Below, piece by piece: positions 22,737-36,450 of a DNA stretch of 64,000 nucleotides. A program made the translations under genes and the position numbers. How positions within the stretch are numbered: the stretch's first letter is position 1; every line of letters starts with the position of its first letter. The notes beneath the pieces were generated by a model. It was not told the origin of the DNA, searched no databases, and was given only the letters and a program-made list of their open reading frames with translations. The DNA is from Paragordius varius. Taxonomy: Eukaryota; Animalia; Nematomorpha. Location: NCBI GenBank assembly GCA_964247055.1, contig OZ176051.1, forward strand, positions 4,836,001 to 4,900,000, in the 5' to 3' direction.

Positions 22737-25700
22737 CTATGTGGTCCGTTTCTTTAACCAATCCAAAAGTGCGTTATTATTCAATTTGACTGATGCAATA
22801 TTGTTTGTGATATATTCACGGGTTTGAAAATATACCTTTTTCGTGATCAGTCCCCTGGCTAACGGTGTTTTGAAAAATGCATCATAATCAGACAAAAGTT
22901 CATGTGTACCAAAATCTATCGAAATATTTCGATAAAAAATATAATTTGTACCGAGTTTTTGCTATGGATACAATAGCTACTTCCTTATAGATTTTTGTTT
23001 TTTAATAAATTTTGGCAAAAAACAAATAAAAAATATGGATATGATAATATAAGGAATGGTTTTAAATTATTATAACATTTGGTGCACGGTCAAAAACAAA
23101 AACCGGTTATTAAGTGGCAACTATATATGAAAATAACCTTTAATTGCTAATTATACATATAAATAAAAATTAATTAAATTATATGATAATTTTTAATTAT
23201 ATTTAAGTTTTATAGATATCAGCAATTTATAACTTTTTCATATTTTGTGATAATCCAGGTTATTTTTGTTAAACCCTTTATAAGTAAAAAATTAACCTTT
23301 CCCCAAATACTATACGTATAAACAACTAATGCATTAATCACCTTCGCAAACATCCTTAATTAATATATCAATGGCTAAAGAATAATCTCCGAAATTCTGT
23401 ATGAACAAATCCCATTCAGTTTTAACGAATTCCCAGACACGTTTTTGCGCTGATAACAATGGTGAATTTTTCGTTAGCCACGATAGTAAACTAATCGTAT
23501 CCTGAGATTTTATGTAATCTACTGAGTTAGTTATCGATTTAGTTGAGTTTGCGTCGTTTCGGAGAACTAACCCATTTTTGATGTAGAATAATAATCTAAT
23601 ATAACAAAATTTTTTGAATTTAAACTATTCGCAAAAATTAAGAGATTTTAGGTTTAAACCTTTCCATCAAAGTCACATTGGTGGTTGTTGCCAGTGAATA
23701 TAGAAAGGCCCTTTTTTCAAAGGGAACATTACTCAATTTGTAGGCTGTCCATGTCGCTTCCCAATCTTTAATAGTTCCATACTGAATACCGGCCCTTAAT
23801 ATGGCTCCTGATAATTCAGAGTTTGGCTAAAGCATAATAAATTGTGTATAAATTAATAGCAGAATTTTTGAGAAAATTAATGTCAAATACTTATTTTTTG
23901 TTTCTTATTTTTAAATATTTGTTATTTTTTAAATATTTGTCGTAAAGTATTTGCTAGACTAAGCAGACCTGAAAGGTCTGCCAAAGCCTTATTTCTAGCA
24001 ACGATGATATAAAGATAGCATATTCAGGAGTTAGCCCCTAAAGATAATGATTATGGTAATCAATTATAAATTTATTTTTTTTCAAGTTCATATAATCAAC
24101 TGTTTGTTAGTTAATACCATAAGTATTCAAAAATTCAGAATTCTTAAATTGCTCATGTTAGGAATAATATATTATTAACTATTTTGTAATCTGACATTAA
24201 AATATTCAAAAACATATACCGCTGTACTATTTTCAGTCGAGTAGCCATGAATCCAATTTCGGAACAAAGTTTTGCCTTTGACAACTGTAGGCTCATGACC
24301 TAATACTACCGCCATCCCTATGACTCTTGCTTGTAATAACCTACATATTTAAAATATTTTCTTCTAAAAAGTTAGTAATTTGGTCCTAATTAATTATTAA
24401 TTATAATAAATACACCATTAATCTATGTAGTTTTGTAACGCGGTCTTTACAGATTTAAAATGGAAAAAATAAGGTTTTTTTCTATAAGCCAGCGCTAGAT
24501 AATCATACATAGCAAAACCACAAAATACCATATAATTTAATCATTTTTTATAATTTTTTCACAAATGTTTTCATGTTCTTACTTCAACCTGCAATTATAA
24601 ACAGCTCTCTTTCGCGCAATGGTCCCTTTTTTAAACAATAAATGAAAATGATAGTAAAAAAACCTCCAAACTTAACGTAGTAAATATTCATGGCTAGTTT
24701 TTTATTAAACACAGCTAGATAGCATATACAGCAAAGAGATTTATTATTGGCTAATAGTAGCAAACAAAAAATGAGTATTAGCCAATAATACAGCCCTTTG
24801 CTATATGTGCCATCTGGCAAAAATTAATGCAAGCACTGTATACTTACTCATTCTATATTTTTAATATACCATTTACAGTTCAAATTCACCCTTAAACAAT
24901 TCAAATTCACCCTTGAACAATTCAAATTCACCCTCGAACAATTCAAATTCACCCTAAAAATAAATTATGAAATTTCGGTCTAATATAACTCATTATTAAA
25001 ATTAAATATCTTTTTATGGCAAAGTTTATTATTTTTTCAGTATTATTTTGATTATATACAAAATTTATTTTTTAAAAAATATAAAAAAGTATAGCTAATA
25101 TATAATTTTAAAAAACACATTTATTTTAGGGTGAATTTGAATTGTTCAAGGGTGAATTTGAATTGTTCAAGGGTGAATTTTAATTGTTTAAGGGTGAATT
25201 TGAACTGTAAATGGTATAATATGTTTGCCTTTGAGTATTATTGCAGATTACTTACAAGTCTTCCCTTGAGGCTTCATTAGCCTTTTTCCATGGATCAAAA
25301 CGTTTTAAAAGTTTGTCTAGGAATATCAGATGAGTATATGATCGCATAAGAGAATTAAACGATGCCGGATCATTGTGATGTCGATATTCCTTATATATGT
25401 TGTCTAAAGAATCCAAAATTGCTATGAGAGGTAATGCCCCCTGTTCGTTCAATTCTAAATAGAAATTATGTTATATAAAAAATTCTTCTACTTTGGTGTA
25501 TTTATTTTACCAAATACAATTTTTGATATCGATTGTAAAATTGATATCAATAAAATGAAATGGTTCCAGCATAAAGGCAAAACTTGCAGTGATGCTTGAA
25601 AAACTGCTTTCCGATTTTTAAGAAATACTATGGCTGATGGTCATTTATAGCTTTAAATATATTCAAAAGTACAAATATGGATTTGTTTCTAAATTTTTTG

Positions 25701-28700
25701 ATACCTAAACGTTATTTAATGCGAAAAACATTGATAAAAACAAATTTGAATTCCAAAAAATTTTTTTATAAATTTAGCAGGGGTGCACCACATTACTGGC
25801 AAATCATACATATCAAAATTCTGACAGATTTTAAAAAAGATAAGGATTCCTGCATTAAGGGACTTAGATGCCTTGGGAAATATTTTCAATCCATATAATA
25901 AAACCCTATATTTCAAGGAAACTGCTTTTAAATCTTTCTAATTATCCCAAAAAATTATAGTTTTATTTGTTTGTATCCTTTGTAAACTAATTTGTTATAT
26001 CAGTTAAACTAAATTGACCTTACAATATTTTGTGAATAATACATTTACCTTAATTATCTTCTAATCTCGCACATTCAAATATTAGATATGTTATTGAGTA
26101 AACTAATTTGTTTAATATATCTGTAAACACAATTCTAATTGTGAATAATGAATGCTTTTACCTTAATCATTGTAAAGCCTTGCACATTGCTTGCTTTGAT
26201 AAGATTCAGGTGTTTTAGTTTCATTTCTCGTTAAATATTTTTAATTTATTAATTTTTATTTATATTTTTTATTTATTTTTTTTATCATAAATTTACTCTT
26301 ATTAATTCAATTTTAGCTGAATTATAATTGCAATAATACATTATTTTGCTTTAAACATATTTCAGTATGAATTTTGAAATCTTTCGCATTTTTACTTTGA
26401 TAATAAAAAAGGTAGTTTTTATTGAACATTGGTTAATCAATGAATCAATCAAGGAATGATTTTTATTTAGTTGGCTTTGAATAATTGAAAATATCGTTTA
26501 AATTCAGTAAAAGGTTGAAACAATAATAGTCTATAAATTTAGGAAATAATATTTGTTTATCTTGGAAACCGCCGAATTTCAGGTTAATTTTAGAAATAAA
26601 CGCATGATTTAAGAGAAGTGAGGATAAAAAGGAATGAAAACCACTGACATAAGAGTTGGGGTATAACTATTAGCGATAACCTGTCATATTATATCCCCAA
26701 ATATTCAAGAAAGAGAAAAAAACTTGTAATATTATATTTATTTGGAGGAAACACAAAGCAAACAAGCTCTCTAATCAGGATGATTATATTAACACACAGA
26801 TCCTATAATTATGAAGGTAAAATAAATAAGTTTACTATCTTCAAAAAATTGTAGAGTAAACATCAAATGGCAGCTCACGAAGCAATTTTCTATAAATATA
26901 GTTAGTAAAGCATATGCAATCTTTCGTCTGATACGCCTAAAAAAATTTTTTAATTTAAAAAGTTACTCTTGGCAAAGAGTTTATTGATTTATTTTAATTT
27001 TTTAATACACTTTATGAATGTATAATCATGAATGTTGACACCTGCATGTTTTAATATATCCATGTTTGGTGAATTTTGATCCAAAGATATATGTTGTATT
27101 ATAATTTATATAAATACCTGCACTTGAATCATTGAATGCTTTGGGGTTGATATACATTATAAAATCCAAAAAGTGGGTCAATGGATCGTATCCGAATCTA
27201 TTAAATATAAAATTTCAACTATTAAAATTAACTGGGGCCTAAAAAGGCTTAGGCCGCTAATAATATTTTATAATTTATAAGATTTTATAACTGCAATAAA
27301 AATGATATTTCTTAAATGCCTTTAGACTTAGGAACACAGCTAAATGCCTTTTTATGAGAATATATATATTCAATCGGGTTTTTATGCTTCCAATTTTAAA
27401 CACAGTTTAACTCAATATTTGGTATATGAAAGGAACTATACTTTGCAAAATTTTTCATATTGTATACAAGTTGGGTTCTGTCCAATTCCCGCAGAATAGA
27501 AGCATTGGTTTTGAGTGCACTGAGCAAGTTAGAATACAATTGCGGTCCATATTTAACAAGATAGTATCCTGAGTAATTTAAATTCGCTTTAACCAATGCA
27601 AGCTCATTAATGTTGGATCTATTGAGAGTTGCTGTATGAGAACAATTTTTACCATGTAGCCAAATTACCTATTATACCGTTTAAAACTTTATATTAAAAC
27701 TAGTAACTTTTGGAAAATATGTGATGGAAAATAACCTTTATATCCATAATAAATTATTTCTTAACTTGGCTTTTTTGATTCAATGGTTCGTATGCATAAA
27801 TGCGCTTAAATTTGAAATTTTCTACCAAAAAATACTAAAAAAAATTCTATAGTTGTACCCAAACAACAAACTTTATAAATTAAATGAAATCATAGTTATC
27901 TATTATTGTTTTGACTAGCTGTTTGTTTCATTCAGATTTAAAAATGATATCCAAATTTTAAACTGTCACAGTTACGAAATTGTTAAAATTGTATCTGTTT
28001 AATACATAAATATCATGTTTGATATTCCAATTTAGCTGTAACCCTTTACCCCGAAATACTCTCTATACAAAACTATTATAAATTATTTGAAAACATGGGC
28101 ACTTTTTAGATATTTATAACATTCTGTTTTCGAATATTGCTCTAATATGAAAATAAACTATGGTAACAATTTCTTTTGTCCAATGTAACGGACTTTGACT
28201 TATTGTAAAAGAGACAATCAATAAGGAGAAATTATTTTATAAATATAATTAAAAAATAAAAAATATTTTATGGAGTATCAGCGATACTGAAACCGCGGCC
28301 CTAAAAATGCTTCTTTATGAACCTAAAGTTTATTTTGAATATAACTATCTGCAAATGTGTCATAAACAGCATAAAAATTTTATCGGTAATATTATTTGGG
28401 CCATTTTAAAAATTTTTGGTGAAAACTACAGATTTAGCACATAATGCCACAAAATACCTTCTGATTGAAAAGCAGATTAGTATTTTACAATTACCTAAAC
28501 AATTTAATGGTATAGTAGATTGGCGCCCGACTCTTACGAAGCGTGCCAGAGTTCGAACCCAGAAACTACGCAATTTTTCCATCATGACTGTCAGCCCTGG
28601 TAAGCGAGTGTTAAAAGCCTTCACAAGTCCGGATACAATTTAAGTCCTTACCCTTTAAAAAAATAATAAAGAGACTCTAAACTGTATATATTTTTTAAAC

Positions 28701-31700
28701 AATTTTACGACAGGAGACAAGTTATTTTTTGATTTTTGATTTACAATAAATAATTTTTGTCAAAAATAGCAAAGGCATACTTTATTGTCATTCTCCTTTT
28801 TATAATTCAAGGCTTGTTCAGTACCAATAACCATAGTCAATGGTATACTCCAGGTCATATTAGATATTTTCATCTCTCCTTCATTCAAAAATTGGTTGGT
28901 AAATTTATTTTGTGAGATATGAAACAAATATTGGTGTGTTGAAGTTCCCATAATGTTACTACGATTTTTTAACATATTTGAATCGGCCTTAACGGGGTCC
29001 GATATGGTAACCAAAGGATAACCATTCTGGAAAAGTAATATATATTTATTTTAAAATAAATTAAAGCCAAAAATTTATTTTAGTAATTCAATAAACATAA
29101 AATAAAAAGTAGAAGTATTGGTTGGGCCAGATTTAAATATGCATGTTAGGCCTATTAGTCGCGTTATTAAAAAATATCTAAATAGCGAATTCAAAGTTTT
29201 ACCCACCAATTCGGAAATTTCATTACATCGCTAAAAACCAACAAATAAAATTATTATATTGTAAAAATAAATACAGGAAATTTTTTCTATAAAAAAATTA
29301 ACCATATTAGTTTAAATTAAATATAGGTGCTATGTATGCTCTACTTGCAAAGCAAATTTCTGAACAATTGAGTAAAATTTCGAATATGTTATCATAATTT
29401 TACATTCAGAGTGAAACAAATTCATTTTTCCACCTCCCCTTAAGAATAAACAATAAGTTTATAAAAAATTTCGATAAAATGTTTGAATTGTACACCATAC
29501 CTGTTTGATCCAGCCATTCATAATGGTTTCAATGGTAGGATAGATTGAGTTATTCGTTAAAGTTTTAAAATGCAACACATTTGGTGCGTGAGTGGTAATT
29601 CCGACTGTTTTTTCACGCACATTCTGTAATGCTTTCCATAAATCCTTTGAGCACGCATTTCCATAAGCATGTTTGGATAGGAAATCGTGCAAACCTAAAA
29701 TTGTGTTTAAAATTTAATATATTTTAAGGTTTCAATATATTCATTTTAATTTTTTTTTGTCTTCATAGGAAGCTAAACTATACCTTGCTTAAAAGTACTT
29801 CGTGTAAGTATAAGCCCATCTAGCATGCTAATTAATAGCGCCCCTTTGTTATAAGAAATTAAATCGAATGCGGATTGCATATCTGATGGTTTGACTACCG
29901 AAGCATGACTCACAGGGCGTGAATATGTGAGAACGTCCAAAAAACTGGCTTTAGGGGCCATCAGGGGTGCGAATCGTTCTCGAAGTTCTAAATATTAAAA
30001 TTTGTGATTTGGCTATTTAAGCAAACTAAACTTTTTAAACAATATATGATTTATGAAATTATAATCTAATGTTTATGTTCAACCTTACAATAAAAATTAT
30101 TATAATATAAAATATCTCGAATGTATCATCATTCCTTCAAACATACTTAGGTTTGTTAAAAGGCCTCAATCTTGGGCTCAATTTTCATTATGTATATAAC
30201 TTTACAATATGACTTCATATATGTGGGAAATTATACAAAAATTAGTAATAGAAAAGGCATAAAAGTCCAAGATCTGATTTTTAGTAAAATATTTTTGTAA
30301 AAGTGGATAATATATAAACTGTTTAAACATTAACATTTCAGCCAATACATTTATAATTAATAAAATTGAGTCGATTATTATAACATGTTTCAATAAGCAA
30401 TATTAATGAGTATTTACTTTCGTAGAAACTTACATTCACCCCATTTGTGTTTAAGATTATATTTTATATCATCTATAATTATTGGTTGATTTTTTGGATT
30501 TAAACCGCTGTCCAGATTTCGTTAAGATATACGGTTAGATTGTGTAATACAAAAATATATTTTCAATAAAGTTAAAAAAATTATCCAAGAATGTTAGAAA
30601 AAAAAGCATGTTTTTTTACTCCATTGAGGAAAAAGGGAATCTGCACAAAGTACTTCCATATAAGTAGCGAAACCTTCTTTCAACCACAAATCATCCCACC
30701 AACTCATTGTGACCAAATTTCCAAACCACTAAAATCAGTTAAAAAGTTAGAGTAAGGGAATCAATTATGCAAGTTTTTTAACATAAAACTATTTTTATAC
30801 ATCCTTTCAATTTTAGATTTAATTTTGATAGCATCATATGAAATTGCTGAATAGATAAACTGTGGGTTAAACACCATATAAGCGAAAAAGGCAAAATCAT
30901 AAGGCGCTAAGCAGCTGATTTTATTTAACTTTGTAACTTTACAGTGTAAAATGGCTTAAGACTTTACAGTTGTAATGTATAAAAAACATTTTAAAAAATC
31001 TATAATTACATATGAATTATAAGAATAAATAGAAAGAATCAGTATGATAAATCCATTGATGTTTAAGAATGTTTTTTAGGGAATGAAATTGTCGATTAAA
31101 ATTTTGGAGTTGTTGTTCTGTAGAAATAATTCATGTGAGATTATAATTCTGAGTGATAGAACTTCTTCCGGATAATAAAAGTGACAATAAATTGATGAAG
31201 ATAATGAGATAAATTCCGTTTATCACCGAATGTGAACAAGATTTCCTATAAAATCAAAAGGTACGCGCATCTCAGGAGTGAACATACCAAGTTCTTCTCC
31301 GCGCCTGCAGCCGATCATTATTTATTCTTATATATCAATACACCACCACTAAACTAAATTCCTACATGGAAAGCCATAATTCTAAAATAAGCTCCCGTAA
31401 TTTAGAAATAAAGATGGCCACCTGGAACACCCGTGGCACTTCAGATAACAAATTGGATATAATAATTCGCGAGATGAAACGTTTAAACATCCATGAGTTA
31501 GGACTGTCGGAGACTCATATGCAACATAACTCACACAAAATATACGACAATTACTCGTTTTATAACTCTGGCGGGGAACTCAAACGAAATGGATGCGGTT
31601 TCTTAATATCGAATAATTTTGCCAAACATACTGATATAGATAGACCTATCTCCGATCGTATTATATCCCTATGAATCAACACCAGACCCCAGGCTATAAC

Positions 31701-34700
31701 AATATATCAAATCTATGCCCCTACGAGTGTCTCACCCGAAGACGAATGTGAAAAGTTCTATAATGAGTTACAAATGGCTCTTTGCGAAACATCCAAGAAA
31801 AACATAACTTTCATCATCGGCGATTTTAACGCTATCATAGCTAACGATAAAACAGACAAGGTCACTGGTGGAAAAGGCCTTGGTAAAGTGAAAAACCCCC
31901 GTGGTGAAAGGCTAATCGATTTTTGCCAACAAAAAAATCTCTTTATAGCGAACTCATTTTTCAAACAACCTAACAGACGGCTCTACACCTGGACCTCACC
32001 GTGTCGTAAACACAGGAATCAAATATATTACATATTGGGAATGCAAAAATACAAAAGCTCATTTCAAAACATCCGGTGCTCGAGTGCAGACTGCAACTCA
32101 GATCATAACCTATTAATGGCCAAGATCAAAATAAAGCTACAACTTCCCCAACCGCAAAAAAACTTTTCCAAAACTAAATTGAACTACAAACTTAAACCTG
32201 CCGATTTTACTCCAATCCTTAACAATAAATTTGAATCCCTAAAATACGAAACACTGAACACAGATGATCTTTGGTCTACTATTCACAAAATTACCATCGA
32301 AACAGCTAAAGAATATATACCGCCTGCCACAACAAAAAACAAAAAAATTTACCATATCACAACAAAGCATCGACCTAATTGAACAGAGAAGAGTAGCGAA
32401 ATCCAAGGGCACTCCCCTTGAGTACAAAAATATTAATAATGAACTACAAAAAAGCATAAGATTTGACAAAGAATCTCATTATAATACAATCTGCGCTAAC
32501 CTAGAGCAAGCTGCTAAACTTAATCACAACTACTTCTCTTATATTAAAGACATTCAACCGCGCAAAAAACAAATATACAAAGGTCCTATGTCTCATTCAA
32601 ACGGAAAACTTCTAATCGATAAAAAAAGGAGTAATTAAACTCTGGAAGAATACATCCAAAATTTATTCTCAAAACAATCAAATATAATCGCCATGAACTC
32701 TGAACAAACTTATGACCCTCCTATACTAAAAGGAAATTGAATGGGCCCTGAAGTATTCATCAACCGGCAAAGCAGAAGGATTCAATGATATCCCTACCGA
32801 GTTACAAAGGCATATTCCCATAAAACTAATTCTTTAGTTATTTCAAAAAATCTTCAATGAGGCAACATTCCCGACGGACTGGAACAAATCACTTGTGGTC
32901 CCTATATTTAAAAAGGGCGATCCTAAACTATGTGAAAACTACCGTACAATAGCATTGATCAATCAAACCTCAAAAGTTTTCTTATAAATAATACAAAACC
33001 GTCTACAAACATATGTCAAACCGGAAATATCAATGACACAGGCAGGCTTTAGAGAAAAAAGAGGATGCCGAGACATGATCTCAAACCTTAGATGGATAAT
33101 GGAAAAAAACTGTGAATTCCAAAATGAGCTACACCTATGTTTCGTGGATTTTTCTAAAGCCTTTGATACCGTTCAACATGACATTCTCTGGAAGGCCCTT
33201 AAACAAATAGGAGTTTCCGATCACTTAATCAAACTAATTAAATCCATATACTCCAACTCCTACCTATCACTTAACACCCCGCATGGCCCGACCTCTTGGA
33301 GCCCAATGAACATAGGTTTGCGTCAAGGCTGCATTTTATCCCCCATGTTATTCAACATATATTTGGAAAGTATCATGAGGGATCTAAATCTGCCAGGAAT
33401 AAAAGCGGGGGGTCACAATCTGACGACTCTCCAATACGCAGACGACACGGTTATCTTAGCAAATTCACAAACAAACCGAAAACTGTCTCCGAACTTTTAT
33501 AAATGTGTGCAAAAAATACAATCTTACATTAAACCTCAATAAAACTAAAATTTTACATATCAACTCCCCTCATTCCTATGACTCGCTTCGGATTAATGGC
33601 GAAACAATTCAAGTAGTCAACGAATACACATACCTTGGAAGCATTATCAACAACTTAAGCTCCAGTTCCCAAGAAATAGAAGCATAGCTATCGCCAAATG
33701 CGCTCTAGCCTCACACTACAAGTTATGGAAATCTCATGACATAACCCTTAAAACAAAAATCCGACTAGTAAATGCATTAATCTTTCCTATCATGTTATAC
33801 GGATGTGAAAGCTGGACTATCAAAAGTGAAGACGAAAAAAGAATAAACGCGTTTGAAATGTTTTGCTGGAGAAAAATACTTGGTATAACATGGAAGGACA
33901 AAATAAAGAATATCGACATTGTAAATAAAATTAACGCACAAACAACGCTTCGGGGTAAAATAATAAAACAAAAATTCGGTTACTTTGGACACATTATTCG
34001 GGGCAATTCTTTGGAAAAGGATATTATGTTAGGAAAAGTAAATGGTAAGAGAGGAAGAGGACGCAGACGTATTCGCTGGGTAGACGAAATATTATCACTT
34101 TCCAAATTGTCATTGCAAAAACTATCTCAAAAAGCTCACGACAGAACCGAATGGAGGAAGTTTTCCTACAAAATCGCTAATGGTCGATAACCGACTACAA
34201 GCTCAACAACAACAACAACAACAACATATGAATTAACTTTGCAATCATTTTAATATGCTAATGATTGGAATATATGGTACAGATACCCAATTATCACCTA
34301 AATTATCAAAATTAGACAAAACAAAATATTATAGGCCTTTTTAGTATTACGTTTTTTTAGCTTACGCACGTTCGCCCAATTTTAATATAACCTTACATAT
34401 AAAATATATGATATTTCTATTATGTATAAACTTTATTGTTTAACCAAAATGTGATATGTTGTTTAATGTAATTCTATTATGAGATTTATCTAGTCAGCAA
34501 TTTAACAAGTAACATTTGGACTTATTACTTGATGTGCCATTTCATGTGCAACTATGATAGTTATAAACTCTTTTTGATATTCTGAAGTGACATTGGGTGT
34601 GTACAGCAAATCAACCATGCGATATGTTACTAATCCCCAGTTTTCCATACCTCCAGCGAAAAAATCAGGAATCGCAATAAAATCTAATTGTATAAAAAAT

Positions 34701-36450
34701 ATGGATTAAACAACTGCTGTAAATCTATTTGACACTTTATTTAATTTCGTTTATGACATCAATAACGTTTAAATCGCATTTACATATCATTAGCTTTTGG
34801 GGTAGTTGACCCCGAAGCGATTTCAATTTAAATATTAAAAATTACCTGTTATAATAGATTAAATTTTTAGATATGTTATCAGTAGCCTGTTTTAAAAAAA
34901 TAAATTTTTGTATTACCCTATCTCAAACTTTTAGTAATCAAATATTTTTTTGCAATTGTGCATTGGCTTATTAAAAACAAAATAATATTTAAATAATTTA
35001 TCAACTTTTTATTAGCCAAACGCTGTTCGACTATACATTCATCGAATTTACACTTAAAATTTATATTGTTTTCTAAAAAATATAATATTAAACCAATTTT
35101 CGGTAATGGGAATGGTATTTGAAAAAAGTCATTGTAGAAATCTAAAGATTGAACAGCAATGTCCAAAGCGAATTCAGCCTGATCAATTTGTTGTTGGGGT
35201 GCATATACTTTAACCTAGCATTAAATTTGGTTTAATCATTTTTCAAATTCGATATTCAATATCAAAACAAATAACATTAAATATATTTGTTCATAACTTC
35301 GACTCCGTCTTTATTTGTTTTTGCGACAGCTCTAAAATCGCAAATGACCCAGGCCACTAAATAGGTGCTCATTTGGAGTGATGGCGCAAAAATATCTCTT
35401 TCCACATTCTCAGATAGGATTAGCGTTTTAATCTTTGGCATGTTTGAAAGCGATAAAAGAGCCTTAGGTCTATCAATATTTATTTGGAAGATAGCTTTGC
35501 GATCTGGTTCATCCATACAAGGAAAGGCCTGTCGAGCGTAATTTGGTTCAAATTGGGTGGAAAGTAAGTAGCTATACGTATACAGATGTATTATGCATAT
35601 TTTAATAAAGGATATTTGTTTTTATAAAATCAAGGGTATTCATATTTCACCCAAAAATACCGAGTTCTGGCCATATCATCGTTATACGAGCTAGAATAAA
35701 ATCCGGTCAAACTGTTACTTATATTACCATAATAATCGATGGTAAAAACATATTGATTTCCGCGCGTTAGTTGCATATTTGAGCTATATTTGGCCAATGC
35801 TGGTGTCAAATCAATTCGAACCATTTCAAACTCCGTATCCTCATAGGTTACATACTCACATGGTATTTCAATAAATGTAAAGGACTTATTTCTATTATTA
35901 TTATTATCATTATTTAAATCTGACTGTAGTGTTACTCGAATAAAACGCAGGCCCCTATTATTGAGCACAATGATAGAGGTGTTTTCTAACACAAGAAATC
36001 TGAACACGACACGGCCTAAAAGTAATTATATAATTTAATATTTCCAAGAAATATTAAGCTACCAATCGGTAATTTTAAACTACAAAAATATTGTTTAGAA
36101 AATTTATTATTTATTTAATATTTAACATATTTGTTTTAAATTTTTTTATAGGTAAATAGATCACAATTATTTTCAGTATTTTATTCACAAAAATATTTTT
36201 TTAGGTTATCGCAAAATTAACGATGACCTTTAAATGTAGGACCATTTTGAGGTAATTTTGAATCTATATTCACCCATTCCGGTGTGATTGTGATATTATA
36301 GGAAATCGGTTTAATTGTTCGTGGCAATCGATATTTTGTATCCTCAAAAAATTTGATATCGCTTGTAGATTTATTAGCTATTCTATAACCATCCGATGAA
36401 TATAAATTGAAACCAGAACCCAAACCACTGGACGAATCAAGTTTAACCTG
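22737..36450 (-). CDS. M1 family zinc aminopeptidase (aminopeptidase N / glutamyl aminopeptidase-like), paralog 1; 5' end unresolved
   Basis: [42 protein letters not shown]|[18 protein letters not shown], catalytic Tyr in [16 protein letters not shown]; ERAP1-type C-terminus ending WLKKRTT* (22737-22739). Confidence 0.9.
24865..25218. mobile_element. MITE with TATACCATTT termini and subterminal 21-bp tandem repeats (probable TA TSD)
   Basis: Long TIRs each carrying about four copies of caaattcacccttgaacaatt or its reverse complement; intronic. Confidence 0.85.
28500..28655 (+). mobile_element. tRNA-derived SINE-like element
   Basis: A-box-like TGGTATAGTAGA (28508) and B box GAGTTCGAACCC (28549-28560), followed by a GC-richer body; no complete cloverleaf found. 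Confidence 0.55.
31020..34223 (+). mobile_element. Full-length but disrupted RTE-clade LINE (APE endonuclease + RT) in an intron of aminopeptidase paralog 1
   Basis: 12-bp TSD ACATATGAATTA (31008-31019, 34224-34235); (CAA)n tail. APE motifs ATWNTR, LGLSET, IGDFNA, SDH from 31366; RT motifs [23 protein letters not shown]; RTE C-terminus MLYGCESW...[10 protein letters not shown]. In-frame stop at 31672 and several frameshifts. Confidence 0.93.

Noticed and set aside
24584-24820. Hydrophobic intronic ORFs (also 41644-41835 and 53953-54282) as nested genes or extra exons
   Set aside because: Flanking exons join in frame without them, the paralog has no counterpart, and AT-rich codons readily produce hydrophobic ORFs.
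24880-24955. 21-bp direct repeat arrays resembling CRISPR
   Set aside because: No unique spacers, mirrored in inverted arms, eukaryotic context, no cas genes; these are MITE subterminal repeats.
28495-28570. Functional tRNA gene
   Set aside because: A/B boxes are present, but I could not fold an acceptor stem or cloverleaf; treated as a SINE head.
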